NCBI GenBank assembly: GCA_041489255.1
Contig: JBGPQV010000001.1
Coordinates: 1-64,000, forward strand
Length of the DNA: 64,000 nt
From: Thermoplasmata archaeon
GTDB lineage: Archaea > Thermoplasmatota > Thermoplasmata > RBG-16-68-12 > JAFNFQ01
Direction of reading: 5' to 3'
The translations under genes were made by a program, and so were the position numbers. Shown here piece after piece: positions 18,307 to 29,000 of the stretch (its first letter is position 1; the number at the start of each line of letters is the position of its first letter). Below the pieces are notes generated by a model. That model saw nothing but the letters and a program-made list of their open reading frames with translations, had not been told where the DNA came from and did no database searches.

Positions 18307-19200
18307 GTGAGAATACTCGTCTTCGGGGCAGGAGCGATGGGCAGCCTCATCGGCGGGCTGCTCTCCTCGCGGCACGAGGTCACCCTAGTCGCGCGGCCCG
18401 ACCACGTCAGGGCGATCAGGCGGTGCGGGCTGCGAATCACCGGGAAGACGGAGATGATTTCGGACGCCTGGGCGACTACAGAAGCCCCTCGCGACAGGCA
18501 GGACGTCGTGATCGTCTCGACGAAGGCCTACGACACGGCGTCCTCGGTTCGCCAACTCAAAAGGTTCTGGCACTCCCCACTATTCCTGACACTGCAGAAC
18601 GGGCTGAGGAACGCGGATTTGATTGCGGAGAAAGCGGACCGTGTCGCCGCAGGGACGACCAGCCACGGCGTCACGTTCATCAGGGAAGGCATGATCCGCC
18701 ACGCAGGGCTGGGGGACACCTATCTGGGGACATTCAAGAAGGTCACCGCCGGGGAGGTCAGGGAGCTCTGTCGCGAGTTCACCGCCTGCGGCTTCCCGGC
18801 CAACTATTCCGATGATATCAGGCGCGATCTGTGGATGAAGGCCATCGTCAATGCCGCCATCAACCCCCTCACCGCCATCGCGAGAGTGGAGAACGGACGC
18901 CTGCTCCAGATCCCCCAGCTTCATGCCCTCATGAGGCAGAGCTGTGAGGAGGCGGCGGCAGTCGCAAGGGCCGAGGGCCACCAGATAAAGTCCACCGAGG
19001 CGACCAAGATTACCGAGAGGGTCGCCCTGCGTACCGCCGCGAACAGGTCTAGCATGCTGCAGGACATCGAGCGGGGTCGGCGCACGGAGGTCCCGCAGAT
19101 CAGCGGTGCGATAGCAGAAGCGGCGGAACGGCGAGGAATCCCATTGCCGGTTGTCAACGCGCTCCGCCTCAGCGTGAGCGAGCTTGAGCGGCACGCCTAG
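18307..19200 (+). CDS. panE: Ketopantoate reductase
   Basis: GAGAMG, TKAYD, LQNG, WMKAIVNAAINPLTA, SSMLQDIERGRRTE. Confidence 0.93.
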   Translation: MRILVFGAGAMGSLIGGLLSSRHEVTLVARPDHVRAIRRCGLRITGKTEMISDAWATTEAPRDRQDVVIVSTKAYDTASSVRQLKRFWHSPLFLTLQNGLRNADLIAEKADRVAAGTTSHGVTFIREGMIRHAGLGDTYLGTFKKVTAGEVRELCREFTACGFPANYSDDIRRDLWMKAIVNAAINPLTAIARVENGRLLQIPQLHALMRQSCEEAAAVARAEGHQIKSTEATKITERVALRTAANRSSMLQDIERGRRTEVPQISGAIAEAAERRGIPLPVVNALRLSVSELERHA

Positions 19201-19286
19201 TAATGCTGCAATCCATTGCCAGCAGCCCGTTCCGGGCAGTTTCTTGCCAGAAACTATATTAATCGCATCCCCCAATCTGTTCCCGA

Positions 19287-21971
19287 ATGAGGAAAGGGAG
19301 GAGCTACTACAAGAGGAAGATGTACTTCGACAGGGAGGACCGTATCCTCCTTCATCTCCTCGATTTCGCTGGTTACGAGACGCAGCGCGAGAGGCCCGAC
19401 GCCCTCACGCAGTTCGGCCTCGCCGATGCGACCATGCTGGGCCGGAGCACAATCTCCAAGTCGATTCGTCTACTGATCGACCGCGGCCTCATCGTCGCAG
19501 AACGCGCTCACGTCCCCTCCGGCAAGCTGCGCAGGACCACGTACCTCCTCACCCAGGCGGGCGCCCGCCTCGCGCGGTCGCGCAAGGAGGAAGTGGAGGG
19601 CGAGATAATCGCGGTGAGGGGGGAGAACGGCGACATCACGAGGATGCCATTGAAGCAGATCGCCCGGCAACTGCCCGCCAGCGCGTCGACGCTCAGCATC
19701 GCGGTGCACGTCAACCGCGGCGTCTTCGACATGAAGTCCTTCCAGCGCGGCCAGGAGAAGAGACAGGCGTTCGTCGACTTCACCGAGAGGGCGCCCAAGC
19801 TGAAGTACTTCTTCGGGAGGGCAAGGGAGCTGGACGAGGTGGACAAGTTCCTGGCCTCGCGCGAGTCGAAGTTCCTCGCCCTGTCCGGGATCCCGGGGAT
19901 AGGCAAGACGACACTGCTCGTGAGGCGCCTGGAGGACTGGCGGAGGACCACGAACCTCTTCTGGTACCGCGTGCAGGAGTGGTCCGCGTCGGGCAACGTG
20001 CTCCGCCGCCTCGCGCAGTTCCTCGACTGCCTCGGCAGGAGGGAGCTCTCCAACTACCTCGCGACCGGGAACGGCCTGGACATGGAGGAGGTCAGCCGCC
20101 TCCTCGAGAAGGACCTCAAGGGGCTGGACGCCCTGCTCATCTTCGACGACTGTCACAAGGCGTCCAAGGAGATCACCCAGCTGCTCTACTCGCTCAAGCT
20201 CGTGCTCGACGGCCTGCCCGGGCCCAAGGTCATCGTCGCCGGCAGGAGCGTCCCGGCCTTCTACGATAGGCGCGACGCGAAGGTGAGGAGGCTCGTCAAG
20301 GAGTTCGAGATCCATGGCCTCGACAAGGACAGTTCAGCGAGGCTCCTCGCGCTCAGGAGCGTGGACATCCAGCGGCCCGCCCTCGACAGGATCTACGAGG
20401 AGACGAAGGGCCACCCCCTCTTCCTCGAACTCATCGACCCCGCGCAGGGGACGAGGACGAAGGACATAGTCAGGTACCTGGACGAGGACCTTGCGGCCCG
20501 CCTCTCGCGGCCGGAGCTCTCGATCCTCGAGGTCGCCTCGGTGTTCAGGTACCCCGTCGCCCCGCAGGCCCTGCTCTTCGCGCAGGAGGCCGACATGGGC
20601 AACCTCAGGTTCCTGATTGACCAGAACCTGCTCAGGGAGACGACGCTGAACCTCTTCGAGATTCACGACCTGCTGAAGGACTTCTTCAGGGGGAGGATGA
20701 CCCCGGCCAGGAGAAGGAGGTACGAGCAGAGGGCCGCGATGTATCACCTGTCCCTGGGCACGAGCGAGAACCTCCTCGAGGCGGTGCATCACATGCTCGA
20801 GGCGGGTGACGAGCGGGACGCCGCCAAGCTGTTGGCGGGGAAGGGGAAGGATATCGCGAAGCAAGGTCACACGGTCGAGCTCGACGCCTATCTGCGAAGG
20901 CTGGAGAGGGTGAAGATGGCCCCCGAGGTCAGGCTCGACCTGATGCTGCTGAGAGGCGACGCGCTGTCGAGCCTCGGGGAGTGGGAGAAGGCCCTTGAGG
21001 TCCGCGCACGGGCTTCCCGCCTCGCCGGGGAGCGGGGGGAGCTCGGGGAACAGGCCGCCGCGCTCAAGGCGATGGGGGACATCTATGTGAGGAGGAACGA
21101 GTGGGACGAGGCAATGCGCGTTCTCACCTCGAGCCTTTCGATCTACAAACGACTCGATGACGTCAAGGGACGGTCCGCCGTTCACTACGCCATCGGGATG
21201 CTGAACGAGAGCTTCGGGCACCTCGACAAGGCCCTGAAGCACTTCAGGAGGGCGGCGAGGCTGATAGGTCCCCGCGACGACCCCGAGGGGCTCGTGCAGT
21301 ACCTTTCCGCCTATTCCAGGGTGCTGGTTGCGAAGGGAGAGAACGAGAAGGCTCTGAAGCTCATGAGAGAGGCGCTGGATGTGGCGCAGACTGTAGGGAA
21401 CCTCCATGAGATCGCGAAGGCCACCGTGGCCGTCGGGGTCGGCCTGATGCACAACAACAGACTGGAGGACGGGCTCGAGAAGTGCCGCGAGGGCATCAAC
21501 CTCGCCCGCCGCATCGGTAACGCCCGGATTCTCGGTTACGGGTTAATGAACGCGGCATCCGCGCTTGTGCGCACAAGGAGCGCCGGATTGGCCGAGGCGA
21601 ACCTCGCAGAGGCGATGAAGATATTCGAGAAGCTAGGCGAGAAAGTACCGTTGGGCATGTGCAGGATAAGCATGGGATTCGTCGAGGAGTCGCGCGGAGA
21701 TTGGGAGGGGGCGAAGGCTCATCTGCGCGCGGGACTCAGGACCCTCCGGGACGATCACAGCCCTCTCGACCTGCTGAACTCGACGGTTTCTGCGGCGGTG
21801 TTGTTCGCGAAGCACGGAGAGCGGAAGGAGGCTTCCCAGCTCTTCTCGTCCTCGCGGAGCATCGCGAGACGCCTTGGAAGGGATGACATGGTCCGCTTCG
21901 CGGACGCCCAGCTCACTGCCCTGAAACAGGGCAGGGCAGTGAGGCTGCCGGGCTCTGCCGTGCCGGGATAA
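19287..21971 (+). CDS. STAND-class NTPase: N-terminal wHTH, NB-ARC-like ATPase and TPR (MalT-like)
   Basis: wHTH LTQFGLADATMLGRSTISK; FFGRAREL, GIPGIGKT, LLIFDD, GHPLFLEL, IHDLL; C-terminal TPRs. Confidence 0.88.
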   Translation: MRKGRSYYKRKMYFDREDRILLHLLDFAGYETQRERPDALTQFGLADATMLGRSTISKSIRLLIDRGLIVAERAHVPSGKLRRTTYLLTQAGARLARSRKEEVEGEIIAVRGENGDITRMPLKQIARQLPASASTLSIAVHVNRGVFDMKSFQRGQEKRQAFVDFTERAPKLKYFFGRARELDEVDKFLASRESKFLALSGIPGIGKTTLLVRRLEDWRRTTNLFWYRVQEWSASGNVLRRLAQFLDCLGRRELSNYLATGNGLDMEEVSRLLEKDLKGLDALLIFDDCHKASKEITQLLYSLKLVLDGLPGPKVIVAGRSVPAFYDRRDAKVRRLVKEFEIHGLDKDSSARLLALRSVDIQRPALDRIYEETKGHPLFLELIDPAQGTRTKDIVRYLDEDLAARLSRPELSILEVASVFRYPVAPQALLFAQEADMGNLRFLIDQNLLRETTLNLFEIHDLLKDFFRGRMTPARRRRYEQRAAMYHLSLGTSENLLEAVHHMLEAGDERDAAKLLAGKGKDIAKQGHTVELDAYLRRLERVKMAPEVRLDLMLLRGDALSSLGEWEKALEVRARASRLAGERGELGEQAAALKAMGDIYVRRNEWDEAMRVLTSSLSIYKRLDDVKGRSAVHYAIGMLNESFGHLDKALKHFRRAARLIGPRDDPEGLVQYLSAYSRVLVAKGENEKALKLMREALDVAQTVGNLHEIAKATVAVGVGLMHNNRLEDGLEKCREGINLARRIGNARILGYGLMNAASALVRTRSAGLAEANLAEAMKIFEKLGEKVPLGMCRISMGFVEESRGDWEGAKAHLRAGLRTLRDDHSPLDLLNSTVSAAVLFAKHGERKEASQLFSSSRSIARRLGRDDMVRFADAQLTALKQGRAVRLPGSAVPG

Positions 21972-22189
21972 GCTCCGCTGGATCACATGCGCCCAGCATT
22001 GCCACTGAGGTCTCCAGACGACTTAACTAGCCAGGTACTTTAATCGGCGGACCGAACGGACCCACTGGATTCACCTCTCGACTCCTTTTCTCTTGCGGGG
22101 TCTATTTGAATGGTCTCAGAACAATTTCGAAATTGAAGGGCGGCTGAGCGGAGTCTATTTGATGGCGAGAGTGTCTACTCCGCCCCGCA

Positions 22190-23977
22190 ATGCTCGATGT
22201 GAAAGAACGCTGCGGCGTCGCGCGGACGGGCTCTTGGCGGGCGGGGACGATCGCCATCGAAGTCCCGAGCATCCTCTTCTTCGCATCTCCGAGGTTCACC
22301 CCGCCTTCGTTCGCCGAAGCCTTGATCGCGTCGGCTCCAATGCCTGACAGCAGGCCGGTCGTGGTCGACAGGGGGAGCGTGTTCCTGCCCAGGGATGGGC
22401 CGCCCGGTTCCTCCATACCGCCAGACATTGCGGTGCCGCCGGGTACCGAATCGCCAATCTCCACTGACCGCGAGCCGGATTTATTCGTTGTCGTCTCTAG
22501 CGCCGAAGGCGTCGCGGAATCCAGGTCGGAGGGGTTCGTGCTTGGCGGGGCCGCATCGTTGCTCTCGGAACCGCGGATGTTCGCGGAGCTGCTGGCCAAG
22601 CTGAAGACCGCCGTCGGCCCGAACCGGGTGCTGTACGCCCCCGGCATCGCTCTCCCTTCGAACCTCGCCATCCTGGCGTATTGCGGCATCGACATCGTCG
22701 ATTCGATCGCAGCCCTTTTCGAAGCGAGCAGGGGCAGATGGCTGAGCCCTGACGGCTCGTGGCCCCTGAGCGAACTCGGTCGCCCGCCATGCAGGTGCTC
22801 CGGCTGCCTGTCGGCCGACGGCAGAAAGGCGCTCATCGAGCACAACGAGACCTCGCTCTGGGAGGAGATGGAACTCGTCAGGACCTGCATCAGGTCCGGC
22901 GAACTGCGCGAGCTCGTCGAGAGGAGGGCTGTCAACAACCCGTGGAACACCGCGGTGCTGCGGCACATGGACCTCAGGCACTACGATTTCCAAGAGCCGC
23001 ATTTCCCCGTCGCGGGAAAGAGCGTCAAGGCCTACTCGCACGCGTCGCTCACGAGGCCCGACGTCATCAGGTTCAGGAAGAGGATCAAGGAGAGACACAT
23101 GAAGCCGCCATCAGCCAAGGTCCTCCTGCTTCTCCCGTGTTCAGCGAGGAAGCCCTACTCGTTCTCGAGATCTCACAGGCTGTTCAGGGAGGCGCTCATG
23201 TCGTGCGGGAACCCTTGGGCGGTGCACGAGGTCATCGTCACCTCGCCCCTCGGCATCGTGCCGCGCGAGCTTGAACTGGTCTACCCTGCCGCGCACTACG
23301 ACATACCTGTCACCGGCGATTGGAGCCTGGATGAAGCGGCCGTCGTCAAGGAGGACTTGAGGCATCTTCTGGCCAACAACGCATACGACCGCATCGTCGC
23401 TCACCTCGACGTCGAAAAACCTTTCGTGGAGGACGCCCTGGTCGAGGCGCGGTTCACCTGTCAGGGCAGGGCAGCGGATGGTCCTTCGCTCGAGAACCTG
23501 TCGACCGCGCTGCGAGAGGCCGTCGAGGGCATCCCGAGAGTGCGGCGGGAAGAGAGGTACAAGGAGGACATGGCTGTCCTCGCGCGTTTCCAGTTCGGCC
23601 CTGGCGGGGAGGAGCTTGTCAGGGGAGCGGAGCTCCGCGGCAGGTACCCGGACATCAAGATCATCCGCGGCGGCGTCCAGCTCGCGATGCTCACCGAGAG
23701 GGGGCTGCTCTCCCTCACGATCGAAGGCGGGCGCGAGCTGTCCCAGACGAACATCCACTGCGTCGAGACCGACGACTTTTTTCCCCAGGGCAGCGTGTTC
23801 GCTATCGGTATCGAGGACGCGAGCGAGGACATCCGGATAGGCGACGACGTCGTCGTGCGTCGTCACGGCGACGTGAGGGCGGTCGGCGTCGCCCAGATGT
23901 CTTCTCGCGAAATGGTCGAGGGCGAGCGCGGAGTCGCGGTGAAGGTCAGGCACGCCGTGAGGTCGAAATCTATATAG
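22190..23977 (+). CDS. arcS: Archaeosine synthase subunit alpha
   Basis: TGT-like N-part, LLLPCSARKPYS.SRSH, TSPLGIVPRELE.VYPA.HYDIPVTG.W, C-terminal PUA. Confidence 0.9.
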   Translation: MLDVKERCGVARTGSWRAGTIAIEVPSILFFASPRFTPPSFAEALIASAPMPDSRPVVVDRGSVFLPRDGPPGSSIPPDIAVPPGTESPISTDREPDLFVVVSSAEGVAESRSEGFVLGGAASLLSEPRMFAELLAKLKTAVGPNRVLYAPGIALPSNLAILAYCGIDIVDSIAALFEASRGRWLSPDGSWPLSELGRPPCRCSGCLSADGRKALIEHNETSLWEEMELVRTCIRSGELRELVERRAVNNPWNTAVLRHMDLRHYDFQEPHFPVAGKSVKAYSHASLTRPDVIRFRKRIKERHMKPPSAKVLLLLPCSARKPYSFSRSHRLFREALMSCGNPWAVHEVIVTSPLGIVPRELELVYPAAHYDIPVTGDWSLDEAAVVKEDLRHLLANNAYDRIVAHLDVEKPFVEDALVEARFTCQGRAADGPSLENLSTALREAVEGIPRVRREERYKEDMAVLARFQFGPGGEELVRGAELRGRYPDIKIIRGGVQLAMLTERGLLSLTIEGGRELSQTNIHCVETDDFFPQGSVFAIGIEDASEDIRIGDDVVVRRHGDVRAVGVAQMSSREMVEGERGVAVKVRHAVRSKSI

Positions 23978-24002
23978 GAAGCTCCAGTAATCCGCGGGCA
24001 GG

Positions 24003-24257
24003 ATGGGCTTCTTCAATCTGGACGGAATGGTACTCGCGCTCGCTGTCGGCACCGTGTTCTTCATCATGCTCGGAATCCTCGTGCTGGTCATCGGCGAGAT
24101 AGACAGGAGGAAGCTCGTCGGAATATTCTGTGTGCTCATCGGCGTGGCGCTGGCTTTGTTCGCGTTGCGCGGCGAAGACCTCGGCGCGATCTTCGTCGCC
24201 GTGATCGCCGCCTTCATAGGGAATGAACTGCTGGGCTACCTCGGGATCGTCGAATAG
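24003..24257 (+). CDS. Small 3-TM membrane protein
   Basis: 84-aa hydrophobic ORF with host-like codon usage. Confidence 0.7.
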   Translation: MGFFNLDGMVLALAVGTVFFIMLGILVLVIGEIDRRKLVGIFCVLIGVALALFALRGEDLGAIFVAVIAAFIGNELLGYLGIVE

Positions 24258-24320
24258 GAATACTTTCACCGGCCTCTCCCCCTTCGACCTTCATAAGCAA
24301 GCATCGCTTCGGTAGTCTCG

Positions 24321-24413
24321 ATGACGACAATGGCGGTCGACGAAGAACCCTGTGGCTGGGAAGAGGTTTATGCCGCGTGCGGCTGCGACCTCAACTTCGA
24401 TGAAGATGACTGA
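24321..24413 (+). CDS. Putative 30-aa acidic Cys-containing micropeptide
   Basis: MTTMAVDEEPCGWEEVYAACGCDLNFDEDD*; TATA-like TTCATAA ~25 nt upstream; terminator downstream. Confidence 0.5.
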   Translation: MTTMAVDEEPCGWEEVYAACGCDLNFDEDD

Positions 24414-24429
24414 TCTCTATCCGCATCCA

Positions 24430-24476
24430 GGCGGGCGGCGATTGTCTCCACACGCCGCCTGCCACCGATTTTTTTT
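24430..24476 (+). terminator. GC hairpin + T8 terminator
   Basis: GGCGGGCGGCG/CGCCGCCTGCC 11-bp stem followed by ACCGA-TTTTTTTT. Confidence 0.7.
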
Positions 24477-24505
24477 CCCCGATTCGCCTAGTGGTCCGTG
24501 GCTCC

Positions 24506-25240
24506 TCACTTGTGGGATATTCTCTCAACATGGTGTGGAAGACTGGTGAGGGTGAACATCCGTGAATCGACGAATTGCGGGAGCCTGTGACGCGCAGTCC
24601 TCTTCTCCCGGTCCATGAGGATCGTGCCGATGCCGATTGAAGCTGCTGCCTCGAGGAAATCCGGTCTGTCATCCACCAAGATGCAATTGTCAGGAGGGCT
24701 GTCAATCTTCTCGAGCACTCTCATCCAATAGCGTTTCCGGTCTTTCGAGGCATTCTGGCTGCTCCCGGAAAAGATGGCTTTGACTTCCTTCAAGAGTCCT
24801 GAACCTTCCAGCGCTCCGATCGCGTTCCATTCCCCCGCCTGGGTCGCGACATGAACCTCGTGGCCCTTCTCCTTGAGCCGCCTGAGAGCACCGGGGACAT
24901 CCAGATAGCATCTGGCCACTGACGACACGACTTCGAACTCAAGGTTCCTTGCGAAGCTGAGGATATCTGAGGGGCGCCATTGGACGCCGACGGCATCGAG
25001 GGTGTCCGTGATGAGCCTTACGTCGAGCTCGCCGACGACATCAGACCAACTCTTGTTGTCCCAGTCCGTGGCCCTGAACCGCCGCTGATAGTCCGCCCAT
25101 GCCATGTCGTATGCGTCCAGCCACCTCGCCGGATCGCCGCCGAACCGCGATGCCAGGATTGAAGCGGCATGCTTGTTGTACTCCTTGTTCATCTTCTTCT
25201 CGTCGACAAGGACGCCCCAGAGGTCGAGGATGACGTTCAT
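24506..25240 (-). CDS. HAD-superfamily hydrolase
   Basis: MNVILDLWGVLVD motif I, ATQ motif II, K, ILVDDR motif IV; start trimmed to avoid tRNA overlap. Confidence 0.82.
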   Translation of the reverse strand: MNVILDLWGVLVDEKKMNKEYNKHAASILASRFGGDPARWLDAYDMAWADYQRRFRATDWDNKSWSDVVGELDVRLITDTLDAVGVQWRPSDILSFARNLEFEVVSSVARCYLDVPGALRRLKEKGHEVHVATQAGEWNAIGALEGSGLLKEVKAIFSGSSQNASKDRKRYWMRVLEKIDSPPDNCILVDDRPDFLEAAASIGIGTILMDREKRTARHRLPQFVDSRMFTLTSLPHHVERISHK

Positions 25241-25305
25241 CTGTAGGCGGGCATAAGACCTGCTCCATGAAAAGCTTATAGCGAGCGGGGCGGTTGTCGG
25301 CGCGC

Positions 25306-25379
25306 GCAGGCGTAATCTAGTCTGGTTAGGATTTTGGCCTTCCAAGCCAACGACCCGGGTTCAAATCCCGGCGCCTGCA
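25306..25379 (+). tRNA. tRNA-Gly(TCC), intronless
   Basis: GCAGGCG/CGCCTGC acceptor, TTGGC-CTTCCAA-GCCAA anticodon arm, CCGGG-TTCAAAT-CCCGG; BRE/TATA AAAAGCTTATA at ~25270. Confidence 0.96.
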
Positions 25380-25543
25380 TCGTCCTTCCTCGGATTCCAT
25401 CTTCCGGGATGAGGACGCTCAAGATTCTTGAATGCGCTCAACCTCCTCAAACCTGGATGATGACGCCGAGGATCGAGGAGAGGATGGCCTCATTGCATGA
25501 GGCTCTGGAAACCCACCCTCGATGGCCTTGCTCCTTGTGAGAT

Positions 25544-25762
25544 CTAGGCCATCTCGCCTTCCGCCTTTAGCTTCGTGCCGTGCTCCTGCTCCCACTCGTG
25601 CTCCTCTTCGGCGATGTCTTCCAGCTCGTGCACAACCTTGGACATGTCAACCACGTCTTCGCCTCTGGCAGAGAGTTCCGCGACGATGTCCTCCATGTCC
25701 TGAAGCGTGTGATTCCTGAGCCAGTCCTCGATCGTTGCCTGCTCGCCCTTCCTCGTGTTCAT
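25544..25762 (-). CDS. Small acidic helical hypothetical protein
   Basis: 72 aa MNTRKGEQATIEDWLRNHTLQDMEDIVAEL...; host-like codon usage. Confidence 0.55.
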   Translation of the reverse strand: MNTRKGEQATIEDWLRNHTLQDMEDIVAELSARGEDVVDMSKVVHELEDIAEEEHEWEQEHGTKLKAEGEMA

Positions 25763-26033
25763 GCGTCGTGTCACCAAAGGTTCACCATCCCTGTTGTCTG
25801 ACGTTTGTCTGATGCATGCACCAAGCACCTAGGCCTATTTATTGCTTTGTCATCCATGAAATCGCGAGACAACAGGGCCACGTTTTCATCCTCGATGTCC
25901 GACGACTACACATAGAAACAGGCACGAAGTCTCGCGCAAGGGCGATTTGTCAGACGAATACTGCCTATTCGTCATACCAAACCGAAGATTATAAATCCTC
26001 AGAAGTGGTTCAAGCACGCAGAAGGGATGGGAA

Positions 26034-29000
26034 ATGGATTATTCCTTCTTCGATAGAGAGCGCAGGGTCCTCCTCAAGGCCTCTCGGCTCGAGCAGGAGG
26101 GCAGGGAGCTTCTCCAAGTCGGAGCGAACAAGAAGGCGCTGGTGCATCTGCAGAAGGCGCTGGCCTGTCTGGACGAGGACGTGTCCAGGATCGTCAGAAG
26201 ACAGGCCGAATGCTCCGCGATATACAGCGGGCTCAGCGATTCGTTCCTCACCCTGGGCCAGTCGGATGAGGCGCAGAAGGCGACCGATATGGCCCTCCAG
26301 CTTGATCCCGACAATGGCGGGGCGTGGCGGTGCAAGGCGCGCCTTCTCGCAGGCCAAGGCAACAGCAAAGAGGCGCTGGAGTGCTTCGACAGGGCGCTGA
26401 AGATCAATCCCGGGGACAAGGAGGTCTGGTCGGACAAGGGTGAGTTCCTCCTTTCGACCGCGCAGCCCGAGGACGCGGCGGCGTGCTTCGAGAGAGTGCT
26501 GCAGGTCGACCCTCTCGACATCGCCCACCACGACAAGCTGCTCAGGCTTCGCATGAGGGACCCCGACCTCTGGTTCAGGAAGGCGGACGCTCACCGCCAG
26601 CTCGGGCAGAATGAGGAGGCACTCTCCTCATATGATCGCGTCCTTCACCTCGATCCGAGCCGGAGGGAGGTGTACGCCCGCAAGGCCGAAATCTACGCGT
26701 CCATCCGCCAGTACGAAAGCGCTGTCAAATCGATCGAAAAGGCGCTCGACCTAGAGCCGAACGACGTGCGCCTGTGGGAGCGGAAGGCAGAGCTGCTCGG
26801 GAACAAGGGCGACACCGCCGGGGCCCTCGAAGCGCTCGACCGCGCTCTTGAGCTGAGCCCCGAGGATTACAGGGCTTGGCTCACGAGGGCATTCATTCTC
26901 CAGTCGGTCGGCAAGCACGACGAGGCCATAGTCGACTTCAGGAACGCCAACAAGATCCAGCCTAACAGCGCGGAAAGCCTCGTCGCGAAGAAGGAGAGCC
27001 TGATCGCGCTGGGGAGATGGACGGAGGTGCTCGACACCTCAGAGTCCGTCTTAATCATCGATCCGGAGAACAAGAAGGCCTGGGCCGACAAGGGGACTGC
27101 CCAGGTGAAGCTGAAGCGCCTGCCCGAGGCGGTCGAGACTTTCAACCAGTACCTGAAGCGCGAGCCCAAGGACATCGCCGTGCTCGACATGAAGAGACAG
27201 TGCGAGAAGGAATTGGGGCGACACGATGACCTGCTAGCGACCTGCGAGGCGATACTCGCCCTCGATAGGCGCAACTTCTCGACGCTCCTCGACAAGGGCT
27301 CGGCGCTGCTGACCCTGAAGAACTACCACGGGGCCCTATCCGCCTTCAACGAGGTGCTGTCGCTCGACCACAGGAACATCGAGGCGCTCAGGGGAAAGAG
27401 AGCGACGCACAGGGAGCAGGGCGACCACAAAGGCGTAATCAAATCTGCATACGCGCTGCTTGAGCTCGATAGGAAAGACGCGGCGGCCTGGTTCGATGCG
27501 GGCCAGGCGGAGGAGGCGATAGGCCGGATCGAGAACGCGGTCAAGTGCTACTCCTCATTGCTGAAGTGCGAGCCGGCTAACCAGGTCGCGTGGCGGCGCT
27601 ACGCCGACCTGCTGGCGGGTCGCGGCGACCACCTGCAAGCCGTGAAGGCGTGTGACGACCTGCTCGCCTTGGGCAACAACGATGCCGAGACCTGGCGGCG
27701 GCGGGGAGAGTCGCTCTACCACCTTGAGGACCCGAAAGAGGCGGTGGATTCGTTCCAGAAGTCGATCGGCCTCAACTCGCAGGACGCGCGGACCTGGCTG
27801 GCCATGGGCATGGCGCTCGAAGGCTGCCACAGGTTCGAGGAGGCGGTCGCGGCATACGACAAGGTTCTCGGAATCTCTGACAAGGACAAGACAGCACTTC
27901 TGAGGAAAGGGTCGGTCCTGCTCTGGCTGCAGAGGTACGAGGACTCGCTGTCCTGCTTTAAGGCGCTGCTCGAAATCGACGAGAACGATCGAGAGGCGCT
28001 GCTCAACGCCGGCAAGGTCCTCAGGCTGATGGAACGGCACGAGGAGGCGTTCGAGATGATGAACCGCATCCTCGCGATCGACCGCAAACTGCCGGAGGCC
28101 TGGGCGGTGAAGACAGCATCCCTTGAGGATCTCGGCAGGTCGGAGGAAGCGGCCCAGTCCGCTGTGTCGTGGACGGACACCGATCACAAGGATCTCATGG
28201 CGTGGATGGCGAGGGCGCGCCTCATGCATTCCATAGGCAGGACCAAGGATGGTCTGTCGGCGGTCCACAAGGCCCTCCTGATTTCCCCGGGAAACCTCGA
28301 CGCCCTGAGGCTCAAGAAGAGAGTCCACTCCGACGTGAAGGACTACACCGGCGTCGTCAAGGCCTGTGGGGAGATACTTGCCGTTGACAGGAGGGACGTG
28401 GAGACGTACAAGGACATGGGTTTGGCCTATCAAGCGCTTGGCATGAACGAAGAGGCGCTCAATGCCTTCGACGGCGCGATCGCGGTGGACTCGATGGACA
28501 AGCGCGGCTGGAACTGCCGCGGCGACCTGCTCCTCAGACTAGGGAAGCCGCACGATGCCCTCGAGTGCTTCGAACACGTCCTCACGCTCAGCCCGAGGGA
28601 CAGGTTCGCGCTGAGCCGCAGAGGAGAAGTCTACCTCGGCCTGCACGACTTCGAGAAAGCCCTGAAATGCTACGAGGACGCATTGCTACTTGACAGCATG
28701 AACCCCGATTTCCTCACAGGCAAGGCAAGAACGCTCATCGCGACGGGGAAGAACGACGAGGCCGTCAAGACCCTGACGCCGCTGCTCGAGAAGGACCCGG
28801 AGAACCAGAGCGCGGTCAAGGTCAAGGCAGAGGCGCTGCTGCGCCTCGGCAAGCATGAGGAGGCGTTGATCCATTTCGAGAAGGCATCCTCCGTCGAACC
28901 CGACTCCGCGACGCTCTGGCGCGGGCAGGGGGAGGCGTTGCTCGCACTGAAGAAAGACAAGGACGCGGTCAGCGCGTTCGAGAGAGCCGTCACGCTCGAC

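Noticed and set aside
21972-22080. TCCAG[CT]GG motifs as ORB elements of a replication origin
   Set aside because: Only weak partial matches, no G-string, no cdc6/orc1 and no long AT-rich unwinding region.
24411-24465. TGA plus hairpin as a selenocysteine signal
   Set aside because: Readthrough sequence is not protein-like and the hairpin is followed by T8, which fits a terminator.
25334-25540. 68-aa ORF downstream of tRNA-Gly
   Set aside because: Starts inside the tRNA and has no motif or promoter support.
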